The notes under the pieces are model-generated. The model was not told the origin of the DNA, made no database searches, and saw only the letters and a list, made by a program, of their open reading frames with translations. Of a stretch of 64,000 nucleotides of DNA, positions 35,711 through 47,900 are shown piece by piece. Each line of letters begins with the position of its first letter. Within the stretch, counting starts at the first letter, position 1. The translations under genes and the position numbers were made by a program. Source of the stretch: Thalia democratica (Eukaryota); NCBI GenBank assembly GCA_965202585.1, contig OZ241832.1, positions 33,480,001 to 33,544,000 of the forward strand. The letters run 5' to 3'.

Positions 35711-37984
35711 TAAATAATCTTTATTGAGTTGAATCAAAGGTCCATATTTTTTACTGAAAAAAGTTATAACTTATGAATTTCATAACAAGTCTGAATATTC
35801 CTAAAGATATTTACGCAGTATTAAATATTTATTGAACGTCGAAAGTAAAACCGCTCAAAAAGTTTGGTCTAAGGACCTGTAGTAATCAAGAACATTTAAG
35901 TAATTGAGTCATACTCCGTGGATACAGTTTACTATCTTGTTCAGGGCAAGTGTGCCAAGACTTTTTAAATTTAATATTTTTTTAGTCAAACAGCTAAAAT
36001 ATACTGTATAAAATTAGATTTTTATAAATAATAAATCAACAACTATAGAAAAAAATTAATAACATAACTTAGTTGTTCAATATAAAGGTTTCTTAAAAGT
36101 TTTCATACGTTTTGACTCCTTAAAATATATCAACATTAATTTTTAACCTTTTTCTAAACTCCTTTTTATGCAAAATACTTTTAAGAAGAATGCAATTAGT
36201 ATTAATTATTTTTGAACTATTAGGGTCATTTCTAACACTTCTGTTATTAAGAAAATAAATTGTTGATGAAACAACTTTTTTTCGGACCATTGTTTTCAAG
36301 ATTAGGTATTTTTTGAAGTTGTTTTATCTTTTGATTACTTTTAGTTTCTCAAAAACGATTTCCAACACTTTCATAAACTTATATCATATAGAAGTTACCT
36401 TAGAAAAGCATGGTATTAGTACTACTTATTTTTGAACTTTTTAGGTCATTTTTAACACGTATGCAAATTAGAGTTCAATCAAAGGTCAGAGCAAGGATTT
36501 TCTGAGTCAGCAGAAATGTAGTCTAGCTGTTTCCTTATAAATCTAGTCATTCCTAAAAATACCTACGTAGTGTATGGACCTTTTGATTAATTTTTTTAAT
36601 TTTAGTTTGTTTTTTTAAATTAAGAGAAACTAGTTGATTAATTAACGATATGAATATTTTTTTGTTTATTTTAGAATTTTTTTAATAGGTATAGTTTCAG
36701 TTATTTGCAATATGTATTGTTAAAGAAATATCAATATTATAAAGAACCTTTAGGTAATGTATACCATAGTTAAATAAATATTTTTATGACTAAAAGTTTT
36801 ATGCCAAAGACTGATATTAAATGTTTAAATGATTTGAAATATTTAGCTGAGATTTTTTGAAAATATATTTTGAATTACAATTCTACGGCACCCTAACCTT
36901 AAACTTTCAAATATTATTTCTCAAATCAGTATCATAAGAGTTAATTTAACAGCTATAACAAGTAAGGTTTTCTTTTAATGCATGCAAAAAATTAATTTCG
37001 GTATTTTAATTTTAAGTATTATCTGGTATACTTTTCTATCTAAATAAAAATAGTTGTGAGATAAAGTGTTTTAAAGTTTTTTCACTAAAATTACACTTTT
37101 AAAATTACACTAGATATACACTTTTAAATAGGATAAGTAGTAATTTAAAAATTTTCTATTTAAATTGCTTAAGCTACAAACAGCAAAGTTATGAAAGTTC
37201 TTCTTTTATACCAAGTCCATTAGTTTTTGAAGAAAACTCTAGGAATGCCATTTTAGTAAAACGTAGGAGTCAAAATTTAACAGTATTACATTTTATATTA
37301 AAATTTAAAAAATTTAAGTTTAAAAAAAGAGTTCAGTTATTATCAAGTTCAAAACTAACTTAAATCTGTTTCAAGTAAAAAAAAGTCAAGGAATTTCTCA
37401 TAGCTAATAAAAATAGCTTACTTTGCATTTTTTTGAACTTTTTCCGGTCATTTTTAATATGTAAGCTTAAAAAATGCTGACTTGACACTACTAAGGATTT
37501 TTTTTTCCTTAGTGTGATTTCGTTTGTCATACAAATTGAGTCTAGTTAACAAGTAACAGTCTTTTTACTTACTTGCTTATTAAAAATGATAAATAATTTT
37601 ACCACAAACTACATAGTTACGATACCATTTAAGTTTAGAAATTGAAATACTATAGATCTTCAACAAAACGGTAGTTTTAATATTCTATATTTAATAATTC
37701 TTTAGGTTCGTATATATTTCTAAATATTTTAAAACACATTCTGTCGGTACCCTCTTAAAAGTTAAAGCATAGCTTACCCGAAGAAAATTTCTTAAAAATC
37801 CTAAAAACATTTTCAGATATTTAAGTTTTTTCTTATATTTAAAAAAATTAAATCACAAAAAATGTAATCTAATTTTGTATTTTAAATGAATTTCAAATTT
37901 GGATTGATAACAATTACTATATCATTTTTTTTTTATAGAAAAATCTACAAAACTCGATAGATTAATTTTGTTACATTAGATACA

Positions 37985-39458
37985 ATGCAAAGCAACAACA
38001 CAAACAACCAAAACTTCACGGGTCAACTGAACAGGACTTACCCCCAGAAAAGAGCAGCCGACTTTCAATACGACAACAGAACTGTCAGGTCCGACCCATC
38101 TTACATGCAGCAAACTGCATACGGTAACCAGAACCAACAGTACAAACAGCAAGTTCACATGAACCCTTACGACCCGAACGACAGTCTGGTCAGCAGCAAC
38201 ACAACTGGTTACTATGACAACGACCCTTCTAATCCCGATTACCAGCAGCAAAGTCCTTATCCTGCGAGCTACGATCTTGTCAGCACGAATATGAACGGAT
38301 CTTATCAGCAGCGCCACCAAACGGTTAGTAGTAATCCAGCCAACAGTACAATGCAAAACAGTGTGGTGCAGTCTAGCGGCAGTTTTATTGCAGAAGACAG
38401 TAAAGCAAGTATCTACTCACAAGGTGGTGCTAATTCTGGTGGAATGAGCTTACCACCGCTCCATTCTACTCCGAATAGCCAAAGTTACTATGGAAACGTG
38501 TCCATCCAAAACACACATTCTCAATACCCGATAAACAAGAAGCAACAAAAAATGTTAGGAGGTCATTTATTTAACAGTCCAGTCATAACAGATGACGAAC
38601 TGTTGAAGTTGAGTACTCGTGAGCTCAATACCAAACTGCAATTCTATAGGTAAATTACATGTTGTAAAATTCTTTTATAACGACGAGTTTTAAGTTTTAT
38701 CTTTGCTTTAGACTAGCTATAACTAAGTTATAAATCAAAAATTGTAGTTAAAAAAGAAATCAGTTAGTACGTTTAAGTACAGTTCCTCTTTCTTCTTTAT
38801 GAAAAATGATTGACAATCAAAAAGGAATAGGTGCCATTAAGTAGTAAAGTAAACATACGTACATAATTTTTTTTTGGTAGAATGTTTTTAAATTTATTAA
38901 CAGCATATTAAACAGTTTTTGTTAGAACAGTATTCGTAAGCATAAAAAAGTACATGAAATTTATTAAAATATTTCTTAATATTTTTGTTTCTTCTTTTGA
39001 TTTTAGGTTTTACAGTATATATTAAAAGTACTAAAACAAGTTATGTAAACTATATTTAAAAAACATGTATAACAAATAAATCAAAATAACAAATCGTGTA
39101 TGTAAAATTGGTTACGAGTTACTTATAACAAATTTTCACAAACCACCGCTAATTTTTAGTGATGAAGAGAAAGATATGTACAAATCAAAACGAAGAACAC
39201 TAAAGAACCGAGAGTATGCGAAAACTTCACGAAATAAATTCACAACCGAACTAGAGGAAACTAAAAACAAGGTAGGTTCCACTTTGTGTAAGTCAAGAAC
39301 GTGTTAACTAAAATTTAATTTTTAAAATTTATTAGGCAAAAGAATTAAAGAATGAGAGAGACACTTTGGTGAGGATATTAAAAGACTTAAAACAGAAGGG
39401 AGTTAGTTTTGATGCCTACAAAAAAGAAGCACCTTTTTTAGATGAACTACTTCAATAA
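37985..39458 (+). CDS. Maf-like bZIP transcription factor, 299 aa; exons 37985-38649, 39160-39271, 39336-39458
   Basis: Q/N/S/Y-rich N-terminus, then DDELLKLSTRELN (Maf extended homology region), SDEEKDMYKSKRRTLKNREYAKTSR (Maf-type basic region) and a short leucine zipper. Splice phases are consistent. Confidence 0.85.
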
Positions 39459-41823
39459 ACTAGTACGAGCTTAGGAACAAAAATATTTTATCTTATCCAT
39501 ATTTTAGCATAGAAATTTAATTTTGACCGCTAAAAATTATTTTAAAATTATTCTTTTTTAAACAAACAAACTAAAATTTAAAATAAAACAGAGGACAGTC
39601 TTACCTTCTTTTATAAGCTAACACTAGTATGTATATTTTTAGTTACTGGATGATTTTAACAGTGAATAAACTTTATGGAATGTTTTAAATCTAAAGTTTC
39701 TACACCAACATTTAATAGCTTTTTTATAGAAAATATAAATTTGTTTTTTCTAACTGCTTCTTCTGCAAAGTTCTACTTTAGCTCTAGTTTTTAAGTATTT
39801 GTTTTTTGAATTAAAACTTTTAACTTATAGCTAAATCTAGAGCCATTTGGCTAAAGCAACCCCTCTACAAAACTTTTATTTGTAGTATACCTCTTGTTTG
39901 CGTGTCTGCCATTAAATGTTTTTTTAGTCTATAATATATTGTTGGTGATTTATAAGAACTTCTAAAAGTTAAGTTTGCTAACTTAGAAACCCTAATAGTT
40001 GATTTGTTTTATATACTTTAAAACTTTTCATACTTTCTAAAATTCAGATAGTAAAATGTTTTTATTTGTTATTAATGATATCTTTAAATATTTCTCTATA
40101 CATTCGGCTTTATCTCAAAGTTTAAACAGAATCTAATTATAATTGATGATTGAAATATTTTACTAAAGAATTGTTAAAAAGTTTTTTATTTACATTTTAG
40201 ACCGAAGTTTATCCTTTAGTAAGTTTAAAAAACTACAAGTTTTTTTTCAATTAGAGTTCATTAGGGATTTTTTAATGTTTTAAATGTTGTCTTTGTTACA
40301 AAAATTCTAAATATGTTCGATTTTGAATAAACAAATGAATAAAGTACTTCACTTTTTAATTGTTTTGTAAGTTTTATATTAGTTTTAGTATAATACTTAA
40401 TGGTGAATATTGTTTACTTAAACCAGTTTACAATAAAAATTTAAGTCAAGAAAGAAACTTGAAAAGAAAACTCTTTCAATCTTTAGCAATCTAAATTAGT
40501 AAAATTGTTTTTATCTTATACATATAATGTAATTTTAACTTGCTTTGGCTAATAAAAAGATTAAAAACACTAAAACTTTATATATATATTTGAGTTTAGG
40601 TTTATAAAATTTAATGTTTATATTTTTGTTTATGGAAGTGATTTCCAAGTAAAATGCATAGTTTAAATTTAATCTTAAGTAGTTTAAGTTTTAAGTAAAA
40701 ATAAACAAAGTAATCTATCAGAGTTTAAGTATAAATTAGATGTGTTAGTTGGGATAATACATGTAAGTTGCACGTATACAAAATAGTTCTTGTGTGTTCT
40801 CCCAATCCCAGCTTCCTTTTGAAAACAGAGCCGTTATAAAAAGCTCATGTAAATATAGGTTATTGGAATCTTCCAATTTTTCACCTTAATTAGTCAAGAC
40901 TAGATGCTTGACAGTTTAACTTTTAGAAACAGTTACATTCCCTTGTTTAAAGCTATGGTCAAATTTAGGCAAATATGGAGTTAATATTTTATTATATAAA
41001 TTCATTATGTTTTGACAGTAAATATTTTTATTTTAAATTAACTTTTCGATTTAAGAAACCAAAAATTCTCATCAAAACATTTAAATACATACAAAAAATA
41101 TTAAATTAAAAAAATTAGCTCATAAAATTACCAAAACGTTACTGGTTTTTATTAAATAGTGGAAACAACTTTATTATGAAATCTGTTTTTCAAGTTTCGA
41201 CAGTTTAATTTTTAGTTGTTCTAAGTTATTCGAAGTACCTCTTTGAGTAAACATTTTTATTTATTTTAATCTTTTCAATTAGACTACATAAACATTTCGT
41301 TGTTATTTAAATAGTTTTCATATATGATAGAGAAAGTTTTAAAACTTACTTGAGTGTATTTATTTCTACTAATTTTGATCATTATCTTTAAATTAATTGA
41401 GTTCAATTTTGCTATCATACTCATAACTAGATTAACACGAGCATTTTTTTTCAAGTTTAAAACGTTTTTTAAATGTGGGCCCTTGAAAATTTTTACAAGA
41501 ATTCGAATTGTCAGGTTTTGAATTTCTGTGATTTGAATAATTTAATTACTGATAGATTTTAACATATTTTTAATAACTTTAAATTGTTAGATACGTTTGG
41601 TGGGTAGATTAAGACTTAAATCGACCAGTCTTTTTTGTACACCTAAGCCATATACTAGTTTTGTTCGGCATTTTTATGTCATTCTCATATTTTTTAAGAT
41701 AGGTTGTTGTACCTTGTACAAAAAACTGTTATTAATTCACAAAAAAAAAAAATAGTTTTGTTAAAAATCTTTTTTAGCCCTTAATTGAACCACATGAACA
41801 TTAACAATAATCCATGTTAAATT

Positions 41824-41862
41824 CCGCGACCTGATTTCGTCTTTATTGTGAGTTGCCAGGCA
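41824..41862 (-). other. Possible decayed relic of the same hammerhead motif
   Basis: Minus strand TGCCTGGCAACTCACAATAAAGACGAAATCAGGTCGCGG aligns end to end with TGCCTGATGAGTCCTAATAAGGACGAAACCGGTCGTAGG, but the CUGAUGA core is destroyed. Confidence 0.3.
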
Positions 41863-44800
41863 TTTAAACATGCATTCATAATAATCTAATTAATGCAGAA
41901 CTTTTAGTTTAATTGTATCTTATAGTAGAATAGTTTCACTGCTTGTTGCGACATATTAAGAAAACAAAGCAGTTTTAAAAGATCCTTCTTTAATTTAGCT
42001 GTTTTAGTACTGGTATTATTGCGTATCAACTTTTAAGTAGTACGCATATACATGTCAAATTGTGTATAGATTTACGTCACTTACTGAAACTATATTTATT
42101 ACATAGTTTATTTAATGAAAGTTAAATTGCACAAATATTTAAAATAAAATCTTAAATTAGCATTTGAAATATAAAAATAATTATTTCCTATTAACTCAGT
42201 ATGGACACTTGGCAGTTAATTTCTGACTAATGGAGATTATATTATGCTGTGCGTGTCTCCTACTTTAGATTTTAGTGAGTAATGTAAAAGAAAATCCAAA
42301 ATTAAATTTTGAATTTTCAAATTAAAAAAGAATATGAGCTTTTAAAATAAATTTAGTTTAGACTAGTTTTAAAATTTCAAAAAACTTAACAAACCTTACA
42401 AATAAGGTTTACTTCGAATGAAATGAAAAATTCAACGTAAAAAGTATTAAAACAAATTTTGATTTCAAAGATTTAAGAAAAAATATTCTTTTTTTCAAAT
42501 GTTAACCTGATTATTTAAAAAAAAAGACCGAGAAGAAACATTGTATTAATAAAATATGAAAAGTGAATACCCTAAAAAGTTAAATTTCTTGTAGTAAGTA
42601 ATGCTTGAGTGAGCTTTGTAGAAATTGTTTAATCATTAGTCTGACTGCCTTCAGATGCTTAACAATATTGTTTCATTATTCTTTTAGTTTGTGTATTTTT
42701 AACATATACTGAGAACAGTTTTGTTTATTTATTCAAAAAACTAGCTTAAAGTTTTTTCTATACAATTTTAGGTTATGTATAGCAATATATTAGTTTTAAC
42801 TTGAGCCTGGAAGTTAACAAAAACAGCTGTCTTTTTCAGTACTAAAGTAGCAACATAGAAGTAGCTATATGATTTGATAAGTTAAACAAAAAATATATCT
42901 AAACTAACGAAAATCCACCAGAATATGGCACAAAATTTTCTAAATAGGTGTAAGAGTTAAAAAGCATAAAAATCAAAACAAACTTAACTTTAGTGTTCTT
43001 CATCACATTGGAGAGATAAATAAGCTACAAAAAATCTGCAAAACTTGTATTTGTGATAAAATGGAATTTGTAAACACTGACAGATTGACTAAAAAAAACT
43101 TAGAAAAACCTTTTTGGTTCCTGCCCTCACTTTAGAAAGCTTGAGTTTAAAACTTTAAAGTTGTAATGGAATTAATGGACTAACTGTTTATATGCGTTTG
43201 TCTTAATTATAAAATTAATCAAAAAACGGTAAAAAAATTAAAAGTTTTCAAAACGTGCAACACTATAGTATTAAACATTTTAACCCATACAATTTTAAGG
43301 TACAAAGTTGCCTTTAAGTTTGTAGTGTAATTTTAAAAAATGCATTCTCAATAATTAATATGTTTACCAGCTTTAATCTGCAAATTTTCCAGACCTTAGT
43401 TAGTAGTTTAAGTGTTTATTTATAACAAATTTATTTAATTTTATTTTTCTAATAATTTAAATTTTTCTAATAGATTTCTTTAGTTCTAATTACACTTTTC
43501 AAATTTAAGTTTAAGCCTTGGTATCTTTTTTCTTGAAAGTTTTTATTATGTGTTTTAACTATAACTCAAAATGTCTTACATTGTTTAATAACGGGTTTTA
43601 TAAAAATAAAATAAGTGAGTCTCTTTATGTTAAAATCAACAGAAAAATAGTAACTAACTATTTTTTTAATGTAATTAAGGTAATAAAATTATTTATATAG
43701 TATCAGTGCTTTGGTTTAAAATAACGACTTATGACAAAGATTTTAAATTAAGTTATTTATAAAAATTACACATGTTTAAACTGAATAAAAAACATTTAAA
43801 GTAGCAGTACATTATCTTTTCAATGACTTAAATTAAAAAAACTTTGTAGCTTAAGTTAAGTTTCCTAGTAAAAAAATACCAGAAAACTTGTACTTGAAAA
43901 ACATCTGTGATCAAATCAGAAACTTGGAAAAAAAAATAACAGTGTCCACTCTAGTTTTGCATAAATAATAGATTTGCTACACACTCAAGCTACCCAAACA
44001 AATTCGAGCTAGTTGATTTTTTTTGCAAAACTAAGGCTAGTTGGGGTATTTTTATTAAATCTTAAGCTACTTTTATACTACTACTGAGTCTTATTATTAT
44101 TATATTTTAATATTTAGATTTTGATTTAATATTTGTAGATATTTAAGCTTTTGTAAGTAAACAGCTTTTTAAAGTTGTAGCTTCATGTTAATTAATTAAA
44201 AAAACTCGATGTAATTCATGCCAGTTTCTGGTCATACTGGCTGGCTTTTTTCTTCGGAGATTGACAATTTTCTGCAAAAAGTTAAATGATGTTTTTTATC
44301 ATCTTTGAACTAGTGCAAGTGCTATAAATGGCTTAAAACACTGAATCCAGAAATCTAAAATGGTTTTATAACCAGCCAGGTATTAGCAAAAAAAGAAAAA
44401 GGTTTTAGGCATTTTTAGAAATCTAAGTTTTAAAATCTAAACTAAATATTCCAGGAAAACTGAAGTAACCGGTAGTTTTATATCCAGACAAATTATTTAA
44501 AAAAGAATCTAGAACTGGATCCTAATTTTGTTGATTACTACTAAAGTATTTGAATAGTTAAAAAATTTCAATATGAGTAGGATGGTCATTTATTTGAAAA
44601 CGTAGAAGTACTTTGTGTAATTTGAAAATTTAGACAAAAAAACTGCTACAACCTGGAAATTAATATTAAAAAAAAAACCTTGAATCTATTTTTTTTAATT
44701 TAAGTAACTAGATTTAGATTATATAATGAAAAAATAATCTAATATGTTAAAATTTATATTTAAGTAGAGTTTTGTTAACAATTATAGTATCTTTTTGTCT

Positions 44801-44971
44801 ATTATGTACTAATAAATTTTAAGGTTAAATTTTAACTTAAGAATTAATTTCCTTCTTCATATAGATAAGAAAACTCTTATTTAAAAAAAATATCTAAAAA
44901 GCCAGTGGTCCCCTTGTTTAAGTAAACACTTAAAATACTCCTAAAAACCTACAGATTATCATTTTAATGTG

Positions 44972-47900
44972 ATGAAAATTTATAATAGTAAGCACCTTGG
45001 AAATTTTTCAAGAACAAAAACCAATGTTGACAAAGAGGGCTGGTTATCAAAAAAAGGAGAGTTAAACACCAGCTATCAGAAAAGATGGTGTATACTAAAA
45101 GGCAATCTATTGTTTTATTTTGAAAAAAAGTAGGTAAAATTTTATCATTATTAAATTTTTATTTTAAACTAAATTAAATGAATTTTATATGTTTTTATAA
45201 TTTTTTTTTTCATTTTTAATAACTATTTACTTTTAAATATAAAGCTGAGCAAGTATATGAGTATTTCAACTTATTATAATATCAAACTTTTTAATCTATT
45301 TTGTTTGCATAAAATAGTAGTTTTCATTTAAAGTATAAAAGTATTATTTTAAACCAATATAATATACTTTTAAAAATTTATTTAAGTTTAAGATAAAATG
45401 TAGTTTTGAAAATGTTCTTACTCAATAGAAAATATTTATAACTTTGTCATTAAGTCTGATATATTTTATTTATATTTAGTTGTATTTTCAAATGTGGTTA
45501 TTTTAACTTAATACCAGGTATCCTAAACTAGGCAATAGCGTTTATGAAGGTATTTTTGACTATTACACAGTGGGGTGGCACATGGCCACTGACCGTTTTG
45601 GTGAATTGAAAATAAAACCAAGGGATTTATTTATTTGTTTTGAGCTGCTTCTTCTTTTAAAAACTGGGTTTGGTTCTATTCTGCTTAAAGTATACTAAAA
45701 ATTATGTAAGCTTAAATGTAGCAAGTTATTGCTGTTTTGTAGTATAAAAATAAGTCAAAGTTAACCTCAAATTTATGTCAAAATTAAGGCCTACAGGAAC
45801 TGCTAAAAAATACCTTAACAGCTTTTATACAAATATTTTATTTTGGTTTTATTCTTCTCTTCGGTTTAGTGTTAACTAAAAAAGTTAAAATTCTTTGAAA
45901 AAAAAACAAGTTTATTTTTCTCATTAAAAAACAACTGCTATTCTTTCGAAAATTTCACTGGTGTATTTAGGGCAGTATAGGGTATTTTTAAGAGAGAATA
46001 TCTCAATTGCCTAGTGCTGAAATATCTTCTTTTTATGTGTTTTAGCAAATATGACAAGGATTCTATACACAAATTTACAAAAATATTTATCATTAGGGAT
46101 ATAACTATTTTTTTAGGTTTATACAAGCAATATTTTGATGCCTGTTTTTTTTAAATATAAATATTCAAAACCAAAAACACAATAAAATTTTTTAGTTTTA
46201 AAATAACTTATTGCATTTTCTAATACAAATTAAATCAAATTTAAGATAAATGGTAAAAAGATTTTCTAAATAAGTCTTACAGGTAATTTTCTGCAAGCAA
46301 TTTTTTACGAAAACTATGAAAAATTTTGAGTAGTTTTTAAACTAAAAAAGGCAAAAACTGGTTGAACTTAAACTTACATAACTTCTTTAATACTTGAAGC
46401 AGAAAAATATCAAAACCAATTTTGAAACAAAGAAATCAAGTTCTGTCTAACTATGTTTAACACTTAGTATATTTTTTTTTTGGAAAAATTATTCTAAGTT
46501 AAATGGCCACTTGAGCCCCGTTTTTAGCCCACTGTGTATTAAAGACAATAACTAGAAAACTTATAAAAATGTAAATGGGCATTTGTTTAATAATTGGGCA
46601 AGGACTAATAAAGGGGAGTGTTTGTTTATTAAGGCCATAGGGGGGGGGGGGTAAACCATGTTTTTTACAAGTTGATCTTATTTTATAGAGTTTTTTCTAA
46701 GCTTCAAGATGCTTTTTATTGTTTTAAAAAATTCTAATTATTTTTTGAGATATGAACAGTCAAAGTTGGGCCGCATAATAGGTTCCCTATAGTAAAGGAA
46801 AACTAAAACAGCAAAAAAAGACTATTTCATTTAAAATCTATCTCCTCCTACATTTTTCAAGCAATCTTCTTTAAAATTTCACAGTCTAATCTTTATACAA
46901 TAAAAAAAAACGTTACTTTAGAATTAAAAAAAAAATTGTAAAAGTATATTTTTTTTGAAAAAAAAAACACTTTTTTTAATTTTTTTTTGGATAAATTTTT
47001 TATTTTTTTAAATTATTAAAATTCTAAAGTAACGTTTTTTCCTTATATTATAAAAAACGTTTCCTGAAAATTTGAAGAAGATTGCTTGAAAAATAAAGGA
47101 GGAGATAGATTTTTAGTGAATTTTAAAATTTCCAAGAAAATTGACCCCAAAAAATTTGCGGTCCATACATTTATATTGGAAAATGTTTACAAAAAATTAA
47201 ATATCTCAAAAGTTAAATGATATTTTTGAAATCTATAAAAACTGGCTTGTAGTTTATACTTTAAACTTTCATATAAAAGCCAAAGTTATTTTTTGCAAAA
47301 AAAAATGTTGGACCCCCCCTATGGCCTTAATATCTGCCAAGTGGTTTATGAAAATTAGTTGGGAAACCCAAGCTTAGACATACAAAAAAAAGTTTAGTAA
47401 TTCTATAAAATTTTGAAAAAATGCAACTAAAAAAAATAAATAAAAAAGAAGTTGACAATTTATACTTATTAAATATAAATCAAGTATCTCATTTTTAAAT
47501 GGTTCTAATTTTAGTAAAAAAATATTAAATTAGTAATCTTTTTCCCCTTTTTAGTTTGCAACTCCCATAAACATTTTATAAATCAGACATCTATATTTTC
47601 ATAGTTTATTAAGAAACTAAAAACTAATTAAAAAACTAAAATATGGAAGACTTATAATAAAGATTATGTAACCCTTAATATACTTGAGTATAAATAAAGT
47701 ATTTCAGTATACAAAACATTAGAAATTATGTAATAGAAATATTTAAAACACTTTATGAAAATTAATGAATACTTTACTTTAAAAAAATGCTTGGTTAAAA
47801 GATGTTGCACTTAATATATAAGCTTTTATAACATAATTGATTCTGTTAGATAAAATTTGCACTTATGATGTTTTTAATGCTCAGAAAATACCAGAAATGC

